A DNA stretch of 64,000 bases from an uncultured delta proteobacterium (GTDB lineage: Bacteria > Desulfobacterota > Desulfuromonadia > Geobacterales > Pseudopelobacteraceae), in NCBI GenBank assembly GCA_963772835.1, contig CAVYYZ010000008.1, positions 1-64,000 of the forward strand, given 5' to 3'. The notes under the pieces are model-generated. The model was not told the origin of the DNA. It saw only the letters and a program-made list of their open reading frames with translations, and did not search any database. Position numbers and translations under genes: made by a program. Positions 30,437 to 41,549 of the stretch are shown piece by piece (positions within the stretch are counted from its first letter, which is position 1; every line of letters begins with the position of its first letter).

Positions 30437-31744
30437 GTGTCTGAACACACTATTATAATCATCGGCGGCGGTCTGGCCGGCTGCGAGGCTGCATGGCAGG
30501 CCGCACAGCGCGGGGTCTCTGTTGTGCTTCACGAAATGAAGCCGCAGCGGTTCTCTCCCGCCCACGAACTTCCCGGCCTGGCGGAGCTCGTCTGCTCCAA
30601 CTCCCTGCGCGGCATCTCGCTTGATAACGCTGTGGGGCTGCTGAAAGAGGAATTGCGCCGCTGCGGCTCTTTGATAATGGAAGCTGCAGATGCCACCTCC
30701 GTTCCGGCCGGCGGCGCACTTGCGGTTGATCGTCAACTGTTCTCCGACTATGTAACCGCCCGGATTGAAGCCCATCCGCTGATCAGGGTCGAACATGGCG
30801 AGCTCGTCCGCATTCCGGCCGACGGGGTCGCGGTTATCGCCTCCGGCCCCCTTACCAGTGATGCTCTGGCGGTTTCACTGACAGAACTGACCGGTGACCG
30901 GCTCTACTTCTATGATGCAATTGCTCCTATTGTAAGCGCCGATTCGCTCGATATGACAAAGGTCTTTGCCGCGTCGCGCTACGGTAAAGGGGATGGCGAT
31001 GACTATCTTAACTGTCCGCTGAATGAGGAAGAGTATCTGAAATTTGTTGATGAACTGAATCGTGGCGAGAAGGTACCGGCACGTGACTTTGAGAAGGTTG
31101 TTCACTTTGAAGGGTGCATGCCGGTTGAAGAGCTTGCGGGACGGGGTGTGGAAACGCTTCGTTTCGGATCGATGAAGCCGGTTGGATTGCTCAATCCGCA
31201 TACCGGTCACGAAGCACACGCCGTCATTCAGTTGCGCGCCGAAAACCGGGAGAAAACCATGTATAACCTGGTCGGTTTTCAGACCAAGATGACCTGGCCG
31301 GAACAACGCCGCGTCTTCCGCATGATCCCGGGATTGGAGAGCGCTGAATTTGTCCGTTTAGGTTCGATGCACCGCAACACGTTTATCAACTCTCCCGCTT
31401 TACTGGAGTCAACGCAGCAGCTGAAAAGTGACAGCCGTATTTTCTTCGCCGGTCAGATCACTGGTGTTGAAGGGTATGTGGAGTCGTCTGCCAGCGGATT
31501 TCTGGCCGGCATCGCTGCAGCAGCTCTTGTGCAGGGCCAGTCGATTCACATGCCGTCACCGGAAACCGCCCTCGGTGCTCTGATGCATCATATTACAAAT
31601 GCCGATGTGAAACATTTTCAGCCGATGAATATAAATTACGGCCTTTTCCCGGAACTGCCGGGGAGGATAAAGAAGAAGGAACGTCGGCAGAAACTGGCCG
31701 AACGGGCACTTGTGGCGCTGGAAGAGTGGAAGGAAAAGCTGTAA
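30437..31744 (+). CDS. trmFO: Folate/FAD-dependent tRNA m5U54 methyltransferase TrmFO (Gid)
   Basis: [24 protein letters not shown] and [10 protein letters not shown] motifs; follows topA. Confidence 0.96.
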   Translation: MSEHTIIIIGGGLAGCEAAWQAAQRGVSVVLHEMKPQRFSPAHELPGLAELVCSNSLRGISLDNAVGLLKEELRRCGSLIMEAADATSVPAGGALAVDRQLFSDYVTARIEAHPLIRVEHGELVRIPADGVAVIASGPLTSDALAVSLTELTGDRLYFYDAIAPIVSADSLDMTKVFAASRYGKGDGDDYLNCPLNEEEYLKFVDELNRGEKVPARDFEKVVHFEGCMPVEELAGRGVETLRFGSMKPVGLLNPHTGHEAHAVIQLRAENREKTMYNLVGFQTKMTWPEQRRVFRMIPGLESAEFVRLGSMHRNTFINSPALLESTQQLKSDSRIFFAGQITGVEGYVESSASGFLAGIAAAALVQGQSIHMPSPETALGALMHHITNADVKHFQPMNINYGLFPELPGRIKKKERRQKLAERALVALEEWKEKL

Positions 31745-31756
31745 ATTCAAACAATC

Positions 31757-31887
31757 CACCCCGGAGACACGGAGGAAACCTTGAGAGGTGGTACTTCAGG
31801 AGTGATTACGTCTTGAATGGGTTGTTTTCTACATAAATAAGCTCTACAATGGTTAACGGTATCGTATTTCTCCGTGCCTCCGTGGTG
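31757..31887. repeat. Intergenic inverted-repeat pair with CACGGAG(A/G) octamer units
   Basis: caccccggagacacggagga (31757-31776) versus the reverse complement of 31868-31887, caccacggaggcacggagaa; 17/20 identical with a ~90-bp AT-rich interior. Confidence 0.75.
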
Positions 31888-31902
31888 AAAGGCCCTATAA
31901 AA

Positions 31903-33183
31903 ATGGAACAACAAAACATCGATCCCCTCAAACGGGTTGAAGATCAGCTGAAAAAATGCGTCAAATGTGGTGCCTGCCGTCAAAACTGCCCTGCCTTTAC
32001 CACGTTCCAGCGGGAGCCTGCGGTTGCACGCGGCAAAGTCGCACTGGCCCAGCATATTCTTGCAGACGATATCGGTCTGGACGACCAGACTTATATGGCC
32101 ATGTCAAAGTGTCTGCTCTGCGGGAGCTGTGTTGACAAATGTCCGAACGATGTACCGACGGATGAGATCGTTATCGCCGCCCGCGAGTCACTGGTACAGA
32201 AACGTGGTCTGACCACATTCCATGCCGCGGTCGGTCAGGTGATCAAGAGCAGAGCCCGGATGAAAATGGGGGTCGGTATGGCATCTCTGCTGGGACCGCT
32301 CTTTTTCAAGAAGGTTCCCGAAACGTCCGGTCTGCGCCTGCGCTTCCCGGTCCCGTTCGTCGGCAACAAACGATTTATCCCCGAAATCGCAAAAACCAGT
32401 TTTATCGATCAACATCCTGAGGTTATTCCGGGAGAACCGGGCAAACCGCGAATCGCCTTTTTTGTCGGCTGTATGACCAATTTTGTCTATACCGATGTCG
32501 GTGAGGCGGCGCTGGCACTGTTCCGCCATCTCGGCTGTACAATCATCATTCCAAAAGGGCAGCAGTGCTGCGGACTGCCGGGCATGTCGGGCGGAGATCT
32601 GGCAACGGTGCGTGATCTGGCAGAAAAAAATCTGGCGGAATTCGAAAAATATGAAGTGGATTATGTCATGAGCGCCTGCGCAACCTGCGGCGGCGCCCTG
32701 CATCGTCTCTATCCGCTTGTGGTTGGCAAGCGTAACCCTGAACTCAGGGAGCGGCTGGATGCCCTGGCGAAAAAGACCGTGGATGCATCACAGCTCCTGT
32801 ACCAGTTGGGACTTGACCCCGGAGAGACCGGCGGGGGAGACGATATTCGCGTCACCTATCATGACCCGTGCCATCTCCGTACCCGTGGTGTAGTGAAGCA
32901 GCCGCGCGAGCTTCTGAAAGGCACCCCCGGCGTTGAACTGATTGAAATGGCGGGGGCTGACAAATGTTGCGGTCTCGGGGGTACTTTTAATGTCTATCAC
33001 TATGAGTCATCGATGAACATCAATAATGAAAAAAGCGAAGCGATTGTCGCTACCGGTGCCCATGCTGTCGCTACCGGCTGTCCCGGCTGTATGATGCAGC
33101 TTTCCGACGGCCTCAAGCAGCATGCATCACACGTTAAAGTTGTACACACGCTGCAGCTGCTTGCGCGTCGGCTCAAACGGTGA
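31903..33183 (+). CDS. glcF: GlcF-like Fe-S oxidoreductase subunit (2x[4Fe-4S] plus CCG domains)
   Basis: CVKCGACRQNCP, CLLCGSCVDKCP, QCCG, YHDPCH and GCPGC motifs. Confidence 0.85.
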   Translation: MEQQNIDPLKRVEDQLKKCVKCGACRQNCPAFTTFQREPAVARGKVALAQHILADDIGLDDQTYMAMSKCLLCGSCVDKCPNDVPTDEIVIAARESLVQKRGLTTFHAAVGQVIKSRARMKMGVGMASLLGPLFFKKVPETSGLRLRFPVPFVGNKRFIPEIAKTSFIDQHPEVIPGEPGKPRIAFFVGCMTNFVYTDVGEAALALFRHLGCTIIIPKGQQCCGLPGMSGGDLATVRDLAEKNLAEFEKYEVDYVMSACATCGGALHRLYPLVVGKRNPELRERLDALAKKTVDASQLLYQLGLDPGETGGGDDIRVTYHDPCHLRTRGVVKQPRELLKGTPGVELIEMAGADKCCGLGGTFNVYHYESSMNINNEKSEAIVATGAHAVATGCPGCMMQLSDGLKQHASHVKVVHTLQLLARRLKR

Positions 33184-33252
33184 GTTTATTTATTCGGAAT
33201 AAACTTTTTTTATCAAAGCTGTTGATTTTTGGCTTGTAGAGAAGGAATTTTA

Positions 33253-33281
33253 TTGACATTGTAAAGCAAATTGTATACAAA
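33253..33281 (+). promoter_or_regulatory. Sigma70-like promoter overlapped by a TTGTATACAA palindrome
   Basis: ttgaca at 33253-33258, 17-bp spacer, tacaaa at 33276-33281; ttgtatacaa at 33271-33280. Confidence 0.55.
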
Positions 33282-33325
33282 CCCCGCACGGAAACTGAGT
33301 TTTACTTTAATTGTCAGGGGTTTGA

Positions 33326-33889
33326 ATGCGCGAATTCAACATTGGGGCTAAAATCAAAAAGCTCCGCCTTTCAAAAAAACTGACCCTCCAGGCTGTTGCC
33401 AAGGAGACCGGTTTCTCTCCCGCTCTCATCTCCCAGATCGAGAATAATAATGTTTCGCCTCCGATTGCCACTCTCTCCAGAATCGCTAAATTTTTCGACG
33501 TAAAAATAGGCATTTTTTTCACAGAAGATGAAGAAGAGTGCCGCTATGAAGTCGTCCGCTCTCACGAACGCAAATCGATCCCCCGCGTCATCTCCAAGGC
33601 GGGCACCAGCCAGGGCTATTCATACGAATCACTTTCATTTCACAAGCAAAACAAGAAAATGGAACCATTTCTGCTTTCTATTACTGAAAAAGCACTTGAA
33701 GAGAACACCTACAGCCATGACGGTGAAGAATTTCTCTTCATAATGAGCGGGACTGCCGAGCTTGTGCTCGATGAAAAGAGGATTGTTCTGCAGGAGGGGG
33801 ACTGTGTGTATTTTGATTCGTCATTAAAACACCGGCTGCTTTCACATGATGGTACCGAAGTCAAAGTATTGGCTGTCGTCACCCGATAA
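33326..33889 (+). CDS. XRE-family HTH plus cupin transcriptional regulator
   Basis: IKKLR...LTLQAVAKETGFSPALISQIE and HDGEEF...GDCVYFDS. Confidence 0.92.
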   Translation: MREFNIGAKIKKLRLSKKLTLQAVAKETGFSPALISQIENNNVSPPIATLSRIAKFFDVKIGIFFTEDEEECRYEVVRSHERKSIPRVISKAGTSQGYSYESLSFHKQNKKMEPFLLSITEKALEENTYSHDGEEFLFIMSGTAELVLDEKRIVLQEGDCVYFDSSLKHRLLSHDGTEVKVLAVVTR

Positions 33890-33934
33890 GATATAACACC
33901 AACACAGGTAGTTGCTAAACATTACACTGGAAGG

Positions 33935-35669
33935 ATGGCGAAGATGTCAAAAACAGCAATTAAACCATCACTGAAAAACCCGTTCGCACCGGCAGAAACT
34001 CAGGAATTTACAATTCCCGGGGAAATTCCGGGTAAAAAAGGCGGCTATGAAGAGGCCATGCAGGCAGGCCACGACCTGATTCAGCGCCCTACCAAGTCGG
34101 TCAGTATCGCCCAGATTGAAAAACAGCACTTCAAAAAGCGGATGACAGTGTGGGAACGGATTCGCGTCCTGACTGAAAACGAACCCAATATCCTCTTCCA
34201 GAACTGGGGTAAGAATCTGGACGGCGCCTCTCTGGTGACCGGCATACTCAATGTCAACGGTCGTGACGTTGCGATTTACGGCCATGATTTCACGGTCCGT
34301 GCCGGTTCCATCGATGCCACCAATGGCCGAAAACTGGCTCTCCTGTTTCAGATGGCGGGTGAGAAGGGCATACCACTGATCGGCATGAACGACTCGGCCG
34401 GTGCTTTTGTGCCTGCCGGAGTGGGTGGTCTGGACGGCTATGCCGAGGCCTTTACGGCACTCCGCAAAATCAGCGGTGTTGTCCCGTCAATCATGTGCAT
34501 GTTCGGCTTCAATGCCGGCGGCGGCAGTTACCTTCCCCGTCAGGGCAGCTTCCTGATCCAGCCGCAGGACACGTTCTTTCGGTCTGACCGGTCCGGGAGT
34601 TGTCAAGTCGGTTCTGGGTGAGGATGTAACTCCTGAAGAGCTTGGGGGCCCAAGGTCCACGGACAGTCCGGGGTTGCCGATATGACGGTCGAGGATGAGG
34701 TCGATGCACTGCGTACAGCGCTGCAGCTGCTTTCCTATCTTCCCGACAACAACAGTGTCATGGCCCGTTTCCGGGAAACCAGCGATCCGCTGGACCGCAA
34801 AACCTGGGAGATCAACACCCTGCTGAAAAAGGCCTTCAACTCTCCCACCGGTTTTAACACTCCCTTCGACGTCTCCATCATGATCCAGCAGATCTGCGAC
34901 CATGGCGACTACTTTGAACTGCAGCGCGACCGTGCCCGCGAAGCGGTGACCGCACTCGGCCGTCTGGGTGGCAATGTTGTCGGTTTCGTAGCAAATAACA
35001 GCGCCGTTGCTTCAGGCCAGATTACGGTGGATTCCGCGTACAAGATTGCCCGTTTCAACCGTTTCTGCAACATCTACAACATCCCGATGATCTTCATGGA
35101 AGACACCACCGGATTCCTGCCGGGACGTGAGCAGGAAGGACGCGGCATTGTTCAGGCCGGTCGCGCCATGCTGGATTCGATCGTCGATATCAGAACGCCG
35201 CGTATTCTGCTGATCATCCGCAACGCCTACGGCGGGGCATATGCCTCGTACAACAACTATCCTACCGGTGCCGATCTGGTGCTGGCCCTCCCCACAACCC
35301 GTCTGGCGGTTATGGGGCCTGCCGGCAAGGAGTTTGTCTACAAGGATGAAGTGCGCAAGATGCGTGCAGCAGCTAACGACCGCATAAAACATGGTGTTGC
35401 AGGAACGTGTGGCAGCCGGCATGTCGCCCGGTGAGGCCAAGATGGATGCCGAAAAAGATGCCGCTGACTGGCTGAAAATTGAGGATGCCGCCCTGAACAT
35501 GCGCTATGAAAAAGAACTTATGAACCCGAAAGAGGGTCTGGCTCTGGGCTCCATCTCCTCCCTCGTTATGCCCACCGACCTGCGCAAGGTGCTGGGAGAA
35601 AATATGAATTTCTTCCTGCGTCATTACAAGCCGGGCCCGATGCAGGCCATTCAGCGCGAGTTCCATTAA
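33935..35669 (+). CDS. Acyl-CoA (propionyl-CoA-like) carboxylase carboxyltransferase subunit; frameshifts near 34577, 34650 and 35395
   Basis: [23 protein letters not shown] and RNAYGGAY motifs; the segment [14 protein letters not shown] is recovered by shifting frame. Confidence 0.88.
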
Positions 35670-35702
35670 TTTCATTCATTTCAGATTGGAGATAAAGAGA
35701 CC

Positions 35703-38613
35703 ATGCCACAGACCGATTACTACAAGTATAATCCACTGGTTCACCGGAACCGCAAATTGAGCAAATCGACATCCGAGTGGGTACGCTCCTTTTCCTGTGA
35801 GGATCTCAAGCCGCTGATCGTGTGCCGCGGACCGATCCGTAAAGAGGCGATGGATGTTTATGACGAGATGGGAATCACACATTTCGGAATCCTTCTTTCC
35901 GAAAAAGACTCGATCATCTACCCGAACGCACTTGCGCCCGAATTGCGCCAGTTGACAGATTCCACCCGCGTCCACCGGGTGCCTGACTACAGCGGTGCCA
36001 GCAAGGAAGAACGGATCGAGCGCATCAACCAGATCATTCAGATGGCACTGGATAACGGCTATGACTCCATCTTTGCCGGGTATGGTTTTATGGCTGAGGA
36101 TGAAGAATTTGTTGCTGCCATTGAAAAGGCCGGTCTCAAGTTTATTGGACCATGCGCCGTAACTCAGGCGCGGGCCGGCAAGAAGGACGAAGCCAAGCGC
36201 ACCGCCCTGAAAGTAAATGTCAGCGTTACCCCCGGTGTCAACAACGTCACAGCCCTGACACTGCTCAAAAAATATCCGACCCGTGAAAAACTGCTCAAAC
36301 TGGCTGAAGCTGAAGAGCTTGCCTGCGATAAAAAGATTCTGGCGGACAAGAAGTTTGCTGTCGAACTGCTGGCTGATCATATCCTGATGGCCTCATACAG
36401 CAAGGGTATCGATCTGTTTTCAATTGAAGAACTCTGTGCTCAGGTGCAGGTTGAAGTGACGGAACTCTTTAAAAATTATCCGCAGAGCCGGTTCCGTATC
36501 AAGGCAATCGGTGGTGGTGGCGGCAAGGGTCAGCGGCTTCTGGGAGCTTCGCTGCTCGGCCTGAAAAAAGCCGATGAAAAGTCGATTGCCAAGGCGGCTG
36601 CCGAAGCCCCGGCCATGGTGCGCGAGGTTCTTAACGAGGTAAAGGCAAACGGTGTCGGTGAGAATAAAAACGTCCTGATCGAGCTGAACATCGAGCAGAC
36701 CCGCCACAACGAGATACAGCTGCTGGGCAACGGCGACTGGTGCATTTCTCTGGGTGGCCGCGACTGCTCCCTGCAGATGCACGAGCAGAAGCTGCTTGAG
36801 GTTTCCGTTACCCAGGAAGGGCTGATGGCTGCCATTGCAAAGGCCAAAACCGCCGGACGCAAGGCTGAGGTCAAGGCACTGGAAAGCGATCTGAAAGTGC
36901 TCGCACGGATGGAAGAGGAGTCGGCCCGTTTTGGTCAGGCGGTCGGTCTTGATTCCGCTTCGACCTTCGAGTGCATCGTCGATCGTGACCGTCACTTCTT
37001 CATGGAGGTAAACACCCGCATCCAGGTTGAACACCGCGTCACCGAGCTCTGCTACAGTCTCAAATTCACCAACCCCAAGGATAAGAATGATTTCTTCATG
37101 GTCGAGTCCCTGGTAGAGGCCATGGCTCTGCTGGCACAACACAAAGAACGTCTCCCCAAACCGGAGCGGGTTGTCCGTTTCAATGCTTCGGTCGAGGCCC
37201 GGCTTAATGCCACGGACGCATCACTGTCTCCTCATGCCGGCGGTATGATTCGTTACTGGTCGAAGCCGATCAAAGGCGAAGTCCGTGATGATCAGGGCAT
37301 CAGCATGACCAATCCGGATACCGGCATCTTCATGAAATATAAAGTAGCCGGTGCCTACGACTCCAATATTGCCCTGCTGCTCACCAAGGGCGATGATCGA
37401 CTGGCCAGCTATGAGCGTCTCTCAGATGTGTTGTGCAGTACCACGCTGCGCGGCAGCGCATTGGCAACAAACCTTGAATTCCATTACGGACTGGTTAACT
37501 GGTTCCTGGGCAGAAATGTTATGGCCAAGCCGACGACCCGTTTCGTGGTTCCCTACCTGGCTTTGGTCGGCACTCTCAAAGAAGAGGCCAACAAGCTGGA
37601 TGTTGTACATGCCTTCTTCCAGATGAAGAAGCATTACGCCAAACATGTTGCTGAACAGTTTGCCGATCAACCGGAAGTCTGTGCCAAAGAGCTGAAAAAC
37701 ATGTCCACTCTGCTTGACCGCAAAGGGACACTGATCACCCGCCCTATGGAGCGCCTCCTTGAAGATCCGCACCTTCTGTCGGGATGGCTGAGCATGAATA
37801 CGAAGAACTTCCGCATTGAAAAAGGCAAGGTTATCTGGTTGAGAAACCCGCTTGGCGTACTCAGTGAAACGTATGAATATCTTCATATGAATTACCGTCC
37901 CCACAAGCCGGCGGCCGAAATAATCTGGGATCACGACAACGAGCTGCTGCAGCAGTCTATTCACTTCTACCGGACCCTGCGGGAAAAACTCGGGCTGGAG
38001 CGGGAGGAGTATTTCAAGCTTAATGACCTGGTAAAGATGGAAACACCGCAGGCCGGTTTTGATGCAACAACATGGGAACAGATCCGTTCCGCCCATTATG
38101 GGTATGAGGCCGGGCTCGAACTGCTGGGCTATGTTGTTTCTGATCGGTGTGAACACCAAATTCTGGGATATGAAGGTTCAGGATGACCTGGAGGTGGTAA
38201 TCCCCGATTACCTGACTGATCTCGATCTTCAGGCCCGGATGAAAAAAATCCTGGTGCCGCCGCCGGCTACCAAAGCCGATGAAATCGTTGCATCGTGCGG
38301 CGGTATGTACTACGGCCAGGAGGCGCCCGGCCTGCCGATGTTTGTGAGCGAAGGAATGCATTTCGAGAAGGATCAGCCACTGTACATCATTGAAGTAATG
38401 AAAATGTTCAACACTATCCGGGCACCTTTCTCCGGTACTATTGACAAGATCATCATGGAAGGGGCCAACGGTTCCATCGTTCAGAAGGGACAGCCTCTCT
38501 TCAAGATCACCCCCGATGAAAAATTTGTCGAAGTTGATCATAAGGCAATTGAAAAAGAAAAACGTGAACGGACGGCGGAATATCTGAAAGCAGTACTGCA
38601 TAACACGCTATAG
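35703..38613 (+). CDS. Biotin carboxylase fused to biotin carrier domain; frameshift near 38129
   Basis: GYGFMAE, GGGGKG, RDCSLQ and FMEVNTRIQVEH motifs; the biotinylation motif EVMKM is in the downstream frame. Confidence 0.9.
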
Positions 38614-38640
38614 GTTCCGCATCGAACGTAACGATGAAAC

Positions 38641-38682
38641 CGGCCGGGGCGGGGAGCGTGACTTCTCCCCCGGCCTTTTTTA
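38641..38682 (+). terminator. Rho-independent terminator
   Basis: ggccgggg...ccccggcc followed by a T run. Confidence 0.65.
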
Positions 38683-38718
38683 AATTGAATAAAGGTAATT
38701 ACGTAAAAGGAGTTATAT

Positions 38719-40371
38719 ATGAGCATCAACGACAGCAAGCAGAAGTGGAATAAAAAGGTTGCAAAAAGCATCGTCAAATCACCCGAGAGGATGGATCCGT
38801 TCCTGACGTCATCCGATATTGAGATGGAGCGCTGTTTCACCCCCGGTTTCGACTACCCCGGATACGATGAACAGTTGGGATTGCCCGGTGAATATCCCTA
38901 TACCCGTGGCGTGCAGCCGACCATGTACCGCGGCCGCTTCTGGACAATGCGTCAATATGCCGGTTTCGGCACCGCCAAAGAGTCAAACGAACGCTATAAA
39001 TATCTTCTCTCGGCCGGCCAGACCGGTCTTTCGATCGCCTTTGACCTGCCGACCCAGATGGGCTACGACTCCGATGCCGGCATGAGTCTCGGAGAAGTCG
39101 GTAAAGTCGGCGTTGCGATCGACTCGCTGGCCGATATGGAGATCCTCTTCGACGGCATACCGCTCGACAAGGTTTCTACGTCGATGACGATCAACTCCAC
39201 CGCCGCGATCCTGCTCTGCATGTACATTGCCGTGGCGGAAAAGCAGGGGGTTTCGGCGGACAAGATCTCCGGTACGATCCAAAACGATATTCTCAAGGAA
39301 TATATGGCCAGAGGGACCTACATCTATCCACCAAAAGAGTCCATGAGGATCATCACCGACATTTTTGCCTACTGCAAGGACAACGTCCCCAAGTGGAATA
39401 CAATTTCCATTTCAGGCTATCACATCCGTGAAGCCGGTTCCAGCGCGGTACAGGAAGTTGCCTTCACGCTGGCAGACGGCATCGCCTATGTTGAGGCGGC
39501 AATCAAAGTAGGTATGGATGTTGATGAGTTCGCTCCGCGTCTGGCCTTCTTCTTTAATGCCCATAATAACCTGTTTGAAGAGGTTGCCAAATTTCGTGCG
39601 GCCCGCAGAATCTGGGCGAAAATAATGACAGAGCGCTTTGGCGCCAAAGACCCGAAATCACAGATGCTGCGCTTTCATACCCAGACCGCCGGCTGCACAC
39701 TGACTGCCCAGCAGCCGGACAACAACATCATGCGTGTAACCATCCAGGCACTGTCTGCCGTGCTGGGCGGCACCCAGTCGCTGCACACCAACTCCCGTGA
39801 CGAAGCGCTGGCGCTGCCGACGGAAGATTCGGTCCGCATTGCTCTGCGCACCCAGCAGGTCATCGCCTACGAATCGGGCGCAGCAGACAGCATCGATCCG
39901 CTGGCAGGTTCGTTCCTGGTGGAATCATTGACTGATCAGATTGAAAAAGCCGCGCTGGAATACATAGAAAAAATCGACAAACTGGGAGGGGCGGTTGAGG
40001 CGATCTCGCGCGGGTTCCAGCAGAAGGAGATCCAGGATTCGGCGTACGCATATCAGAAGTCGATTGAGAAAAACGAACTGATCATAGTCGGCGTCAACAA
40101 GTTCACCGTTCAGGAACCGCCTCCGACCGGTCTGCTGAGGGTCAAGGAAGAGGTGGAGATCTCGCAGAAGAAGTCACTTGGGGAAATGAAAGCGAGGCGG
40201 GATAATGACGCGGTTAAAGCGGCCCTGGTTACATTGGAAAAAGCCGCAAAAGGCACTGATAACCTGATGCCACATATCCTGGCGGCGGTCAAGACCTATG
40301 CGACATTGGGCGAGATTGCCGATGTCTTCCGCGGGGTATTCGGGAAGCATACGGAGACGGTCGTTTTATAA
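38719..40371 (+). CDS. Methylmalonyl-CoA mutase, substrate-binding large subunit (no B12-binding domain)
   Basis: [33 protein letters not shown] and HTNSRDEA motifs. Confidence 0.93.
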   Translation: MSINDSKQKWNKKVAKSIVKSPERMDPFLTSSDIEMERCFTPGFDYPGYDEQLGLPGEYPYTRGVQPTMYRGRFWTMRQYAGFGTAKESNERYKYLLSAGQTGLSIAFDLPTQMGYDSDAGMSLGEVGKVGVAIDSLADMEILFDGIPLDKVSTSMTINSTAAILLCMYIAVAEKQGVSADKISGTIQNDILKEYMARGTYIYPPKESMRIITDIFAYCKDNVPKWNTISISGYHIREAGSSAVQEVAFTLADGIAYVEAAIKVGMDVDEFAPRLAFFFNAHNNLFEEVAKFRAARRIWAKIMTERFGAKDPKSQMLRFHTQTAGCTLTAQQPDNNIMRVTIQALSAVLGGTQSLHTNSRDEALALPTEDSVRIALRTQQVIAYESGAADSIDPLAGSFLVESLTDQIEKAALEYIEKIDKLGGAVEAISRGFQQKEIQDSAYAYQKSIEKNELIIVGVNKFTVQEPPPTGLLRVKEEVEISQKKSLGEMKARRDNDAVKAALVTLEKAAKGTDNLMPHILAAVKTYATLGEIADVFRGVFGKHTETVVL

Positions 40372-40373
40372 TA

Positions 40374-40783
40374 ATGATTGAACCACAGAGCAACGGAGCA
40401 TCAGAGAAAATCTATCTTGAAGCTGATATAACCAGCCGAATTATTGGTTGCGCCATCGAAGTCCACAAAACATTGGGTCCAGGACTTTTAGAATCAGTGT
40501 ACGAGTCGTGTCTTGCATTTGAACTAACAAAATCAGGTTTACGGGTCGAACGGCAGAAGCCTCTACCTGTTCGTTATAAAGGACTCCTTTTTGACAAAGG
40601 TTTCGACTCGATTTGTTTGTGGAAGAAAAAGTAATAGTTGAATTGAAATGTGTTGAAAAAAAACTGTCTATTCATGAAGCTCAGATTTATACGTATTTGA
40701 AACTGATGGGGATTAAGATCGGACTGCTGGTAAACTTTAACACTAAATTGCTGAAAGACGGAATTATAAGAATTGCCTGTTGA
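40374..40783 (+). CDS. GxxExxY protein (PD-(D/E)XK-like nuclease family); one-base frameshift near 40602
   Basis: LGPGLLESVYE motif. Restoring one T gives RLDLFVEEKVIVELKCVE...HEAQIYTYLKL...GLLVNFN, ending at the TGA at 40783. Confidence 0.9.
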
Positions 40784-40821
40784 TCTTGCTTCTCTCCGTT
40801 GCTCTGTTGCTCTGTGGTTCA
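40379..40821. mobile_element. GxxExxY cassette bounded by ~30-bp terminal inverted repeats made of 8-bp units
   Basis: Left arm tgaaccacagagcaacggagcatcagagaa (40379-40408); right arm (reverse complement of 40791-40821) tgaaccacagagcaacagagcaacggagaga; first 16 bp identical. Confidence 0.75.
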
Positions 40822-40839
40822 TAAAGAAAGGTTCTAAAT

Positions 40840-41244
40840 ATGTTGACTAAAATCAATCACATAGGTATTGCCGTCGCTTCCTTGGAGGCAACCATCCCGT
40901 TCTATCGCGACACTCTCGGCATGGACTTTGCCGGAATTGAAGTGGTTGCCGGGCAGAAGGTCCGGGTCGCCATGTTGCAGGTAGGTGAATCCAAGATTGA
41001 ACTGCTGGAGCCGACGTCCGAAGATAGCCCGGTTGCCCGGTTTATTGAAAAGAACGGGGCCGGTATCCACCACATCGCCTACGAAGTTGAGGATATTGAG
41101 GCTGCTATTGCCGTTTTACTGAATGACGGCGCCCGTATGATCGATGAGACCCCGCGGGAGGGTGCTCACGGCACACGCATCGCGTTTATTCACCCGAAAA
41201 GCAGCAACGGAGTCCTGACGGAGTTGTGTCAGGGCGGGCACTGA
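40840..41244 (+). CDS. mce: Methylmalonyl-CoA epimerase
   Basis: INHIGIAV, KIELLEP, GIHHIAYEV and GVLTEL motifs. Confidence 0.94.
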   Translation: MLTKINHIGIAVASLEATIPFYRDTLGMDFAGIEVVAGQKVRVAMLQVGESKIELLEPTSEDSPVARFIEKNGAGIHHIAYEVEDIEAAIAVLLNDGARMIDETPREGAHGTRIAFIHPKSSNGVLTELCQGGH

Positions 41245-41316
41245 AAACGAAAGCAGAAAAAAATGAGCTACTGTTCTATTTTTATCACCTTTGAGACGTT
41301 AATTGTTAATTTAATG

Positions 41317-41344
41317 TTGACATTCGTTTGATTTGTTGTATATT
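41317..41344 (+). promoter_or_regulatory. Sigma70-like promoter ~350 bp upstream of the porin gene
   Basis: ttgaca at 41317-41322, 16-bp spacer, tatatt at 41339-41344. Confidence 0.55.
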
Positions 41345-41500
41345 GCGGCCATTCAAATAGAACGGCACCTGAAACAAACGAACCTAGTAGTAGCTAACCG
41401 ATTATAATTACTGAGCACCAGCACTGCTGGCAGCAACGACCGGGAGCGAAACACACTGTGAACGTTTCAGAAGAAAAAAATAGTTGCGTAGTCAGTATTG

Positions 41501-41549
41501 TACCTTTAGGCATCCTCTTTGAGATGGATGCTTAAAGGTATTTGTGTTT
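41501..41549 (+). terminator. Long hairpin / terminator-like structure inside the porin leader
   Basis: 15-bp stem tacctttaggcatcc/ggatgcttaaaggta (one G-U pair) followed by tttgtgttt. Confidence 0.6.
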
